IMG/VR virus record: IMGVR_UViG_3300017589_000061
Span: 32,001 to 96,000 of that record
Length of the DNA: 64,000 nucleotides
Reading direction: 5' to 3' (one strand)
DNA from: a virus
Shown here in pieces: positions 10,232 through 19,963 of this stretch (within the stretch, counting starts at the first letter, position 1; each line of letters starts with the position of its first letter). The notes beneath the pieces were generated by a model. That model did no database searches. It saw only the letters and a list, made by a program, of their open reading frames with translations, and had not been told where the DNA came from. The position numbers and the translations under genes are program-made.

Positions 10232-11515
10232 ATGGAAAACAAAATTAAAGTAGTAGATGCAATTTGTGGGGCAGGGAAAACTTCAATGAGCATTCAAGAA
10301 ATGAACAATAATCCAAATAAAAGATATATATATATTACACCATTTTTATCAGAAATTGATAGGGTAATAGCCAATACTAATATTAATATGAAAGCCCCTG
10401 AACATAAAGGTAGAGGTAAAATTGATAATTTTGAATATTTAATATCAACTCAACAAAATATAGCTTCAACTCATGTTTTATTTCAAAGGTTTGATATTAA
10501 TAAAAAACAGAAGTTAAAAAATGGACACTATACATTATTTTTAGATGAAGTAATGAATGTTATTCAAGAAATTGAAGATATAACTAAAGGAGATATTGAT
10601 TTATTAATAGGTGAAAAAATAATTGAAATTGATAATGAAAATTATGTCCATTGGATAAAAGATTATAATGACACTAAATATGACAAAATTAAACAAATGG
10701 CAGAAAACAAGAGCTTGATATTAGTTAATAAAAAACTTATGGTATGGAATTTTCCAGTAGATATATTTGATTGTTTTGATGAAGTTTTTATCTTAACTTA
10801 TAAATTTGACGGTCAAATTATGAAACATTACTATGATTATCACAATGTAAAATATACTAAATATAGTATAAAAAAAATTACAATTAGCGATGATTATTCA
10901 AAATATAAATTAGTAGAATACTCTCAGCAAAATGAATTTGAGTACATAGACAAATATAGAAAACTAATCAATATTTATACCAACCCTGATTTAAATGAAA
11001 TAGGGGATAAAAAAAGTGCATTATCAGTTTCATGGTTTAAACATTCCAATAAGGAAATTAAGACATTATTAAAAAATAACACATATAATTATTTTAAAAA
11101 TAAGATAAAAGGTAAAGCTTACGATAATATGTGGACTACATTTAAAGATTATAAGAAAATATTAAGAGGAGATAGTTATAAACAATGTGTTTTAGTAGAT
11201 GAATTTAATAAGCCATTAAAAGACGAAAATGATAAAGAAGTAGTTCAAGATTGTTTTGTATCATTTAACGCCAGAGCTACGAATGATTATAAATTCAAAC
11301 GAAATCTAGCTTATATGTGCAACGTATACATACATCCAAATATTAAACAATTTTTCAATTTAAAAGGAATTGAATTTAATGAAGACGAATATGCTTTGTC
11401 GGAATTAATACAATGGATTTTTAGAAGTAGTATAAGAGAAGGCAAAAATATTAACATATATTTACCATCAAAAAGAATGAGAACTTTTTTAATAAATTGG
11501 TTAAATAATATTTAG
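10232..11515 (+). CDS. Superfamily 2 helicase-like protein
   Basis: VDAICGAGKT Walker A, YITPFLSE, LFLDE Walker B, QWIFRSSIR. Confidence 0.75.
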   Translation: MENKIKVVDAICGAGKTSMSIQEMNNNPNKRYIYITPFLSEIDRVIANTNINMKAPEHKGRGKIDNFEYLISTQQNIASTHVLFQRFDINKKQKLKNGHYTLFLDEVMNVIQEIEDITKGDIDLLIGEKIIEIDNENYVHWIKDYNDTKYDKIKQMAENKSLILVNKKLMVWNFPVDIFDCFDEVFILTYKFDGQIMKHYYDYHNVKYTKYSIKKITISDDYSKYKLVEYSQQNEFEYIDKYRKLINIYTNPDLNEIGDKKSALSVSWFKHSNKEIKTLLKNNTYNYFKNKIKGKAYDNMWTTFKDYKKILRGDSYKQCVLVDEFNKPLKDENDKEVVQDCFVSFNARATNDYKFKRNLAYMCNVYIHPNIKQFFNLKGIEFNEDEYALSELIQWIFRSSIREGKNINIYLPSKRMRTFLINWLNNI

Positions 11516-11623
11516 TTTAACGTACACCCCACGTTAAAATTAAAAAATTTCTTCGGTAAAATCAGACATAATTGGGGGTATTCCCTAAAAGAAAAAGATA
11601 ACAAAAAACATTACAAAATTAGA

Positions 11624-11647
11624 GGTATGTTTCACGGTATGTTTCAC
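11624..11647 (+). repeat. Tandem 12-bp repeat GGTATGTTTCAC x2 (parS half-sites)
   Basis: Seen directly in sequence. Confidence 0.55.
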
Positions 11648-11721
11648 AAAAATATTAAAATTCGTATTAAGTTTTTAAATTAAAATGTAACATAAATTAA
11701 ATTAAAAATATACTATGACGA

Positions 11722-11765
11722 AAAAATATATCTAATGGGACGGTTTTGCCATTAGATATATTTTT
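11722..11765. terminator. 17-bp perfect inverted repeat, bidirectional terminator-like
   Basis: aaaaatatatctaatgg / ccattagatatattttt. Confidence 0.65.
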
Positions 11766-12225
11766 AAAAGGAAATGAAAGTGGTTTTCTTTCATTGACGC
11801 TTCTTTTGACCTTAGAGCCTTCAGCAAGTATTATGTTATATTATAAGTATTACTAATTGTTTAAGTAATACTTATTTTTTTGCCCAATCATATATATTTT
11901 AGTTAATTATCACATAAATACATCATTTCTGTTGGGAAATCAACGTTTTATAACACTTTTACGTCATTTTTAATCAAAAATACATTGAAATTATAACAAA
12001 ATTTATCATATACATACTTTTAAGCATTAAAATAGGGTTAAAACGCACGTAATATTGTTAATGAGTAAATACTTACCCAAGTGGGTTGCGTGAAGATTTG
12101 GTACTGTTTATTAGCTTTTTACCCTAGTTTGAGGGGGTGTAGGTATAGTCTAGTGGTAAAGTTTTAAATTTAATATTTCTGTGAATAAAATTTTAAATTA
12201 TGGATAATATATATTTTGAAAGAGG

Positions 12226-12627
12226 GTGATTGTTTTCAGCTATAAAGAACATATTTTATATTCTGAATATATTGGTTGGATAATTTCTATTTTTCTAAAT
12301 TTTACAGTTCAAGAAAAAATTATTTATTTTATTTGTGTTGGAGTAGGATCAATACTTCCTGATGTTGATAGAGCAGATTCGATGGTAGGGCATAATATTA
12401 AATATTTTTCTAGTTGGTTGAATAAAACTGTCGGACATAGAACTTTAACACATAGTCTGTTTTTTATAACTGTATTATATTATTCTGCTAATATAGCATT
12501 CGGAATGAGTGTTGTTTCAACTGGGCTTATGATTGGATGTGTCTTACATGTATTATTTGATTTAATGACACCAATGGGAGTTTCTCTAGCATATCCAATT
12601 AGTCATAAACTGTACAAAATTAAGTGA
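12226..12627 (+). CDS. YdjM-like membrane metal-dependent hydrolase
   Basis: GSILPDVD, GHRTLTHS, LHVLFDLMTPMGV...YP. Confidence 0.8.
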   Translation: MIVFSYKEHILYSEYIGWIISIFLNFTVQEKIIYFICVGVGSILPDVDRADSMVGHNIKYFSSWLNKTVGHRTLTHSLFFITVLYYSANIAFGMSVVSTGLMIGCVLHVLFDLMTPMGVSLAYPISHKLYKIK

Positions 12628-12635
12628 GCTGGTTA

Positions 12636-13184
12636 TTATTCCAGCTCCTTAAAATTTATATTATTTAAATTTTGTATATACTCATTCTCAATATTTCCTG
12701 TTGGTAAATTACTAATTAACAGTACGCTTTTAAAATCAGTATTTTCATATTTTTTAATTGTCTGTTTTAAATTTCCGTATGAACGCTCAATTTCTATTGC
12801 TACAGTAGTTATTTTATTATTACGTTTTAATTCAACTACTAAATCTGGTTTAATACCTTGTTGAATTTGTTGGAGTTTGCAATTTAATATTTCGTATCCA
12901 TTTTGCTGAAGCCAAAAGTATGTCTTTGCTGCTATGTCAAGATGTTCTCGTTGACTTTTTAATTTACCCGTATAGTAGAAATATTTTTCATGTGCAAATT
13001 TACGATATCTTTTTATGTGACTATATTTGTATAAATGTTCTAAATGCTTATTTGCCATTCGCTGACTTGTGTAAAACATTTTTTGAATTGTGTCCGAGTA
13101 GCAAGGGATAAGTTTGATAAATTCTACTACTTGATTATCTCGTTCTTTGGATTGTGTATTGGTTAATCTTTTTTTATCTAACAC
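12636..13184 (-). CDS. Replication-relaxation-like protein (wHTH + PD-(D/E)xK-type domain)
   Basis: ERD..VVEF, EH, IKPD...AIEIER, K..KY; coupled to the FtsK gene, a pairing common in Firmicute phages. Confidence 0.6.
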   Translation of the reverse strand: MLDKKRLTNTQSKERDNQVVEFIKLIPCYSDTIQKMFYTSQRMANKHLEHLYKYSHIKRYRKFAHEKYFYYTGKLKSQREHLDIAAKTYFWLQQNGYEILNCKLQQIQQGIKPDLVVELKRNNKITTVAIEIERSYGNLKQTIKKYENTDFKSVLLISNLPTGNIENEYIQNLNNINFKELE

Positions 13185-14764
13185 ATTAAATCAACCCTTC
13201 CTTCTTTCTTCTGTCTAAGTTTTTCTATTGGAATTGTTTTATCTTCAATAGGTTTAACATCTTCTAGTTGTATATTTTTTTCAACACATTTAGAAGAAAT
13301 AAGTTTTTCAATAGTAGTGATTAATTTATTTTTATTACTTTCTTCGTCATCCTCTAAGTAAAAACTTTTAAATGTTACATCTTGATACATATCATGAATT
13401 ATAGCTTCACCTTTGTCATGTAATTCTTTAAATAATCGATTATCTCCTTCTCCAAGTACAACTTCTGAATTTGGAATACTAACCGTTCTAAATCCAACTG
13501 TATGATTAAGATTAGCTTTTAATATAGGATCAAGATTATCTTTACAAGGTCTTTGCAGGGATAATATGAATTTTATATTACAAGCTCTTGATTTGGCTAA
13601 GATTTGATTCATTTCTTCTACAATTCTATTTTTCTTTGTGTTTAACATATAATATTCTTCAATCACAACAACTATTGGTTTCATTGGATTGTTTTTATGT
13701 TTATTATTGTACGAAATATAATCCTTACAATTTGTTATATCCAAAAGGTGATATCTTTCATTCATAGTATCTTTAATTTTAGTAATTTCATTTCTTGCTA
13801 CCACAACATCTTTTGTAAATGTAGTAAGATTTTTATAATTTTTCAATATATTATAATCTCCGCCAAACTTTAAGTCTAATATTTTTATTTCAATATTTTG
13901 TAAAATCATTGCAGTTAATAAACATTTTATAAAGTTTGTTTTTCCTGAACCATTTGTTCCAGCTACAAGGATATGTGGTTCGTCTGTTAAATCTATAGTT
14001 ACTATTTGCTGACCATTTTCAGTTAAAGTTATACCAATTGGAAATATTAATTTTCCTTTAATTGGTATAATTGAATTATAATTTGGAGTATAAAATTTTT
14101 GATAATGTAAATCGTATTCTTGTATTGTGAGTTTATAATCGGGAGTTAAATTGAATTTTAAAGGTTTTTTAATTGCTGATTGAATTAAAGGTTTCATATT
14201 TTCAAATATTTCAATACATAATCCATATGGTAATTTGAAGATATATTTATTTCCTATTTTGGTTTCTTCAGTTTCAATAAATTCTGGATATTCGCCTTCT
14301 TTATTTTTAATTCCACAACTTTTAAATATTTTATCCCACACAAAACTTAATGATGCTTTTTCAAATACTTCTATTTTTGCATAGAAATTTTTAGTTACAG
14401 TTATTATCATTGGTTTATGAATTGATGCTTCAATATTATCTTGATATTTAATTAGATCATATGCAGTCATTGGAGATGGTGTTTCAAAGATATATGTTGT
14501 TTTATCATCATCTTTAAAATCATGTAATTTCTTAGGCATCTTACCATCTTTATTTATTAAACCAACTTCTTTAAAAGTTTTATCCCATTTACTGTTAAAT
14601 AAATCGTTGAACATAAATCCACCAGATATACTTGTTAATGCTAATGGAATTATATTTCCAAATGGTAAGAAACTTAATACTGCATTGCTTGCCAATAAAA
14701 CTGCACTTCCAGTTAAACTATAAATATCTTTTTCAAAATTAGTTGTTACTTTTTTTATTGCCAT
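13178..14764 (-). CDS. FtsK/SpoIIIE-family ATPase with N-terminal TM segments
   Basis: PHILVAGTNGSGKT, LDLK, VVIEE, SLQRP. Confidence 0.88.
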   Translation of the reverse strand: MAIKKVTTNFEKDIYSLTGSAVLLASNAVLSFLPFGNIIPLALTSISGGFMFNDLFNSKWDKTFKEVGLINKDGKMPKKLHDFKDDDKTTYIFETPSPMTAYDLIKYQDNIEASIHKPMIITVTKNFYAKIEVFEKASLSFVWDKIFKSCGIKNKEGEYPEFIETEETKIGNKYIFKLPYGLCIEIFENMKPLIQSAIKKPLKFNLTPDYKLTIQEYDLHYQKFYTPNYNSIIPIKGKLIFPIGITLTENGQQIVTIDLTDEPHILVAGTNGSGKTNFIKCLLTAMILQNIEIKILDLKFGGDYNILKNYKNLTTFTKDVVVARNEITKIKDTMNERYHLLDITNCKDYISYNNKHKNNPMKPIVVVIEEYYMLNTKKNRIVEEMNQILAKSRACNIKFILSLQRPCKDNLDPILKANLNHTVGFRTVSIPNSEVVLGEGDNRLFKELHDKGEAIIHDMYQDVTFKSFYLEDDEESNKNKLITTIEKLISSKCVEKNIQLEDVKPIEDKTIPIEKLRQKKEGRVDLMC

Positions 14765-14957
14765 AATATTCTCCTTCCAAATTGATATAAATTTATATTC
14801 AAAATTGTTCCAACAGATAGTTCTAATTCAAAGGAATATATAAATGTTGATGTTTCAATATTTGGACAAATTTGTATTAGTGTTTTTCAAAGTAAGGTTA
14901 GCGACCGTGAGTGAGCTAATCGAACTTTGCCCACGGTGAGTGGGTGACGGGTAACCC

Positions 14958-15077
14958 CTACCTTGCAAATGTGAATAGTAGGGGTATTATACTGGTGAAA
15001 TTAATGTTCGATAATGATACAGCTAGGATGAGAAGTATTGATATTATTGTTAGTGACCAAGATAATATATTTTTCAT
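14958..15077 (-). CDS. 39-aa hydrophobic membrane peptide
   Basis: AAGGAG RBS before MKNILSWSLTIISILLILAVSL... Confidence 0.45.
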   Translation of the reverse strand: MKNILSWSLTIISILLILAVSLSNINFTSIIPLLFTFAR

Positions 15078-15087
15078 ATCTACTCCT

Positions 15088-15339
15088 TTAAAATATTCGT
15101 TCTCGGTAATTATCATCTTTACCTTTAAATACAAACGCATTTTTACAAGAGTTACATTTACTGGTTCTTTTATAGAGACAGGTATTACAAGATTGTCTGA
15201 AATTAAAATCAAATATTGTGGAATTGATTTCATACTCTTCAAATTTTTTTCTAGCTTTATTTACATCTTTACCTTTATTTGTTGACCAATCTAATGCGTC
15301 ATAGCAGAGATGCTCGTATGCTTTATAAAGCTTGCTCAT
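15088..15339 (-). CDS. Cys-rich hypothetical protein
   Basis: CNTC...CNSC; RBS. Confidence 0.5.
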   Translation of the reverse strand: MSKLYKAYEHLCYDALDWSTNKGKDVNKARKKFEEYEINSTIFDFNFRQSCNTCLYKRTSKCNSCKNAFVFKGKDDNYRERIF

Positions 15340-15348
15340 ATTTACCCC

Positions 15349-15522
15349 CTATTCTAATCTTAGAAATCCTTTCATAATTTTACTTGCTGATTTTTCTTCC
15401 TTACGTTTAGCTTCGAGTAGAATATCTTTGATACATCCGCTTTTAGTCGTGTGTTTACATACCCAAGTGTATAATTCTAGTTCTTCAGTATTATTTTTGA
15501 ATGTTAAATTGATGGCTTTCAT
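15349..15522 (-). CDS. 57-aa RHH-like protein (not in ORF track)
   Basis: GGAGGTG RBS; MKAINLTFKNNTEELELYTWVCKHTTKSGCIKDILLEAKRKEE... Confidence 0.55.
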   Translation of the reverse strand: MKAINLTFKNNTEELELYTWVCKHTTKSGCIKDILLEAKRKEEKSASKIMKGFLRLE

Positions 15523-15549
15523 ACAATCACCTCCTATTAATTTATATTG

Positions 15550-15661
15550 TATTGTATGTTTTAGGTATGAAAGTGTGCGTAAAATTTGTGTTAATTTTTA
15601 TCTTATTAAAATATATTTTGAAGTGTTGATAATTATGTATGTCCATTATAAAAAAATATGA
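15550..15661 (-). promoter_or_regulatory. Putative SigK- and SigE-type promoters of the FtsK operon
   Basis: Minus strand gcAC-16-CATACAATA and TCATA-15-CATACAT. Confidence 0.4.
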
Positions 15662-16147
15662 GCGTTCTTCCGCTACAGATTAAGTCTTAGAATTAATTTT
15701 AAAAAAAGTTAAAGTCGATAGGTATATTTATGTTAGAAATTAGGTTACGTTAGTTTTAGGGGTGATTTGATAGGTATTAGTGTTAATTATACCCCTATTA
15801 GTTGTTAGTATGGATATGAATTTTTACGAACGGGATGGACTTTGGTAAATTATCGTATGAATGTTTAAATTAGAATGGGTGAGGGGATTGTTTGGGTAAA
15901 TTAGGTTAATTTATTGGGATTTTGAAGGGGAGTTTTGGTTGGGATTGACGAATGTTTATCGACTTGAGGAACGACTCAAAATGGGGGAATTTTACCTAAA
16001 TAGTGGAAAATATTAGTGGTGTGATTATAGAGGTACTAGGGGCATATTGTGGATCTGGAATTGGTTATTTAGTGTAAATATAGCCCAGTTCAAACCTTGT
16101 AACCATTGCAATTACTGCATCATAGCTATTATTATATATCATAATCG

Positions 16148-16175
16148 ACTTACTATAATATGTATTATGCATTGC
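16148..16175 (+). other. dif-like XerC/D site
   Basis: ACTTACTATAA-TATGTA-TTATGCATTGC versus Bacillus dif ACTTCCTAGAA-TATATA-TTATGTAAACT. Confidence 0.55.
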
Positions 16176-16311
16176 AGATGCTGATTGACTATTGAAGGAT
16201 CAAATATAGTTTTAATAATTATTAGACATAGTTATCATAACTATGTCATATAGTATTAGTAAGCACCTTTAATAAATCTAGTATCATAATGATATCATTT
16301 TAATATCATAT

Positions 16312-16327
16312 TGTTTCACGTGAAACA
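16312..16327. promoter_or_regulatory. Perfect chromosomal-type parS (Spo0J site)
   Basis: TGTTTCACGTGAAACA. Confidence 0.85.
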
Positions 16328-16351
16328 TTTTTAATATAATTTTACTAATAA

Positions 16352-16608
16352 CATACTAAACTACTATGCATTATAATATACTAATCTAGTATGCGATAAA
16401 CTAATTAAAACATACTAATAAAATTGGTATTAAAACATACTAAAACAGTATGTAATGAAACTGGATTAAAATATAGGATCAATAAACATACTATACATAT
16501 AATAATTGTATATAATAGTAATACATACTAATCTACTATGTAAACTATACATTAACTATCAAACTATATAACCATTAATTAACAATATTAACATACCAAA
16601 CTTATATG
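16352..16608. repeat. Array of 17-bp imperfect palindromes CATACT-N5-AGTATG
   Basis: Copies at 16352, 16377, 16436, 16524, 16592; half-sites at 16411, 16487, 16619. Confidence 0.65.
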
Positions 16609-17463
16609 TATTATATATCATACCAAACATATTAATTAACTATACTATTAAATTAAGTTAAAAGTAAATTGCATAAACATACAAATTATATTAAAAATAT
16701 AATGTCATAGAATGCGTTTAAACAAACGATAATAAACTAATCGACTTAATATATCATCTATTAAAATATACCTCGAAACGCCACAAAATGCAATATAAAC
16801 AAAGATATCAGAATCAATCAATTACTATTTATCGATAAACAATATATATTTATCGAATTACGATAAATAATCAATACTGGATCAAATGAAATGATGTAAT
16901 TAAGTTAAGATTGTATTAAAAGTAGTATTTTAATCATTACTAACTGTTACAATTGATTAACAATTACAAAATATATAGTAACCAATACACTACTATATTA
17001 TTACTAATAGCAATATATAACTATTAAACCATTACGAATAGAATAGATAAATTAAATTAAAATAAATGTTAAATCGATTGTAACATTTAAAAATTAATGT
17101 TAATTAATGGTAAAATATTAGGAAAACAAAGCAAATTTATATTTTAGGAAAACGTTTACTGAAAACGATATCTTGCATGAAATGACGCAAATAAGGCATT
17201 ATGCAAGGAAAATAGGAAAACGACTAAAATTATGCAAGTATTTATGCATGAAACAAAGCATAAACATTTTTTAACTATTACTTTATTGTAACATTAAATT
17301 AAAAAAGATTGACATATCAACGAAAAATATGTTACATTTATTTCACTTGAGGAAAATAGGAAAATGTGGTATTCTATTATTAACAGAAGGGCAATAGTGC
17401 CTATAAATTATATTAAAAGGAGGGCAACAAGTGGAGGCTACCCATTCAAAGCGGTTATGATAT

Positions 17464-17503
17464 AAAGATTTTCCTAAAAATCTTTGAACATTGAAAACTG
17501 AAT
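17464..17503 (+). promoter_or_regulatory. Hairpin plus rrn-type boxA-like antiterminator
   Basis: aaagatttt/aaaatcttt stem followed by GAACATTGAAAACTGAATA. Confidence 0.55.
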
Positions 17504-19687
17504 AGTCGCAAATTGATTAATACTTGCAAGATAACTTGAAAATGACTTGCAATGATAACTAATAGCTCGATAGTGATAATAATAATGAGGCTATTAAGGA
17601 AAATCAATTTAAGGATTTAAGTCTTAAATAAGAGTATAAAATATTATAAGTTTATTTAAGATTTAAAAAAATTAGATTAAAGGAGATTAAAAAAAATGGA
17701 AAACAATTTTAGAACTATGACTTATAAAGAATTAAAAGGATTAAACAATAATGCACATTATCCAGTATTAAAAGAACAAGAAGTCAATGAATTATTAAAT
17801 CATAAAAATGTTAGTGGTTTTAGCAAACGATTAGATACAGATTTTCAAGGTTATTACAAAATTAAAATTGCATTCAATGGTTACAAACAAAATTTAGAAA
17901 TTATCGTTTTTATGGAAAATGAAAATGAATGATGAAATGTTAAAAGATTTAATTCAAGATTTTCAAACGGCTATTGTAAATGAAGCAATAGCCGAAGCCG
18001 TTGAATTTAAAAATCAAATAATTGAAATTTTAGAAAATGAAATCAAACAAAATAAAATAAGCAAATAAAACATAAAATTTATTACCTTGAGGAGGGTAAA
18101 ATGGAAATATTGAAAAAAAATAAAGAAGATATAAAACAATTTTTAATTAATGTATCAAATGGATATGAAATTAATGATGAACAAGGAATGATGTTTTTAC
18201 AAATGGACAATAAAAGAATCTGTATTAGTGAAAAATTAAGAAGTTATTTATTAGATAATAAAATTATTGTATTAGAATAAAACAATTAATTTAATGGTTT
18301 TACCTGCTAATAAGTGATAATATTTATTAGCAGGATAAAGCTTTTAAAAGCTAAAATATTAAAAGGGGATTGAGAATATGAAAACAAAGCAAGAAATAAA
18401 AAAGGATTTATTTGCAACCTTAGCAGAACTACAAAGCAAAACGGCAGCGGGAGAATTAGAAAACTATTTAAGAATTAAATTACAAATATTATATGATATA
18501 CTGGAAGAAGAAATTGATGAGGAATACTGGGAACAAATAGAAAAGGAGTTATAAAAAATGAGTAAAGAAGAAAAACAGGAAATAAAAAAAGCTATTGATT
18601 TTTTAATTAATCAGCATAGTTATTTTTACGAATCTAAAATCGAAAATGAACAATTGATATTAAAAAATTTGGATACAAATGAACAATTTGAAATAACAAT
18701 TAAACAAATAAAAGGAAGTGAAAAATAATGTTAATGATTGAAAAAATGCAAATTGAAATTGAAAACTTAAAAGAATTAATGGAAGATCAAGAACTTGAAA
18801 ACGAATGTAAAATTAAAATTGCACTGGATAACATTAATCATATTTTAAATGATAGATAAAATTTTGAAGGTTTGGGATTGCTTACAAGGTTAAAAAATTT
18901 GTAAGCAAAGTTAAGCTTTTAAGGTTAAAAATTATATTAAAAGGAGTGTAAAAAATGATTAATAGTAAAAATTTTAATTTTAGTTTTTTCATGAGTGACA
19001 GAAAAAAAGTTGATAGCTTGCAAACTGGAGCTATTGAAAATGGAGGAGCAACAAAGTTTGATGATGCAATTTATTCTAACATTGAAGGAAATAATTTTAT
19101 CGAATTAAAAGAAAACAATAATCAAATATCAATTTTTATACCATCTACAATAGATATAAATAATAAAATTGATAATCAATATTATATTAAAAAATCAATA
19201 AATTATTTAGAAAAATACTACAATATTACAAACAATCTAAAATATTATAAAACAATTGGATCATGGTTTAGTGACAGTTTGAATAAAGTCATAATTGAAG
19301 ATATAACAATAATTACATTGCAATTAATCGAATTAAATGAAAATGATATTAATATATTTATAACACTTGCAAACATGATAAAAAATGAAATGAATCAGGA
19401 AGCCGTTTCAATCACTATCAACGAATCACTTGCAATTATTTAATAAATATAGTAATATGATAAAAAGGAGTGATTAATATTAAAAAAGGTTATATAATAC
19501 ATGAGACTACAAAGGAAAATTTTCAGCTATGCAAAATATTAAAAGAATACGATAATATTGAGGATGCCAAAAATGACTTAATAAAAATATTATCAAATAA
19601 CATAACAGAAAAAAAGTTATTGAAGGAAAATGATAATAAATAAAAATATTAAATATAAGAATAAATTAAAAAGGAAGGTAAATAAAA

Positions 19688-19963
19688 ATGGCACTAACAA
19701 ATAAGGAAATAATCATGACAGAAAAATTATTGCATAATATAGAATTAGACAAAATAGTTGATACATTTGCAGGATGGAATAAACAAGGTTATACAATCAA
19801 TAAAGGAAGTAAAGCATTATTTCAAACTAAAATATGGAAGCCAACACTATTAAAAAATAAAGATACAGAAACAAAAACTAAAAAAATAATTTTAGTAAAT
19901 GCAAGTTTTTTCTCACTGGATCAGGTTACAAAAATAGATAATAAAAATATAATAGCAAGTTGA
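19688..19963 (+). CDS. ArdC-N-like ssDNA-binding domain protein
   Basis: TFAGWNKQGYTINKGSKA...IW...FFSLDQV motif. Confidence 0.5.
   Translation: MALTNKEIIMTEKLLHNIELDKIVDTFAGWNKQGYTINKGSKALFQTKIWKPTLLKNKDTETKTKKIILVNASFFSLDQVTKIDNKNIIAS

Noticed and set aside
15860-15950. KOPS/SRS motifs in the G-rich tract
   Set aside because: Only partial matches to GGGNAGGG or GAGAAGGG.
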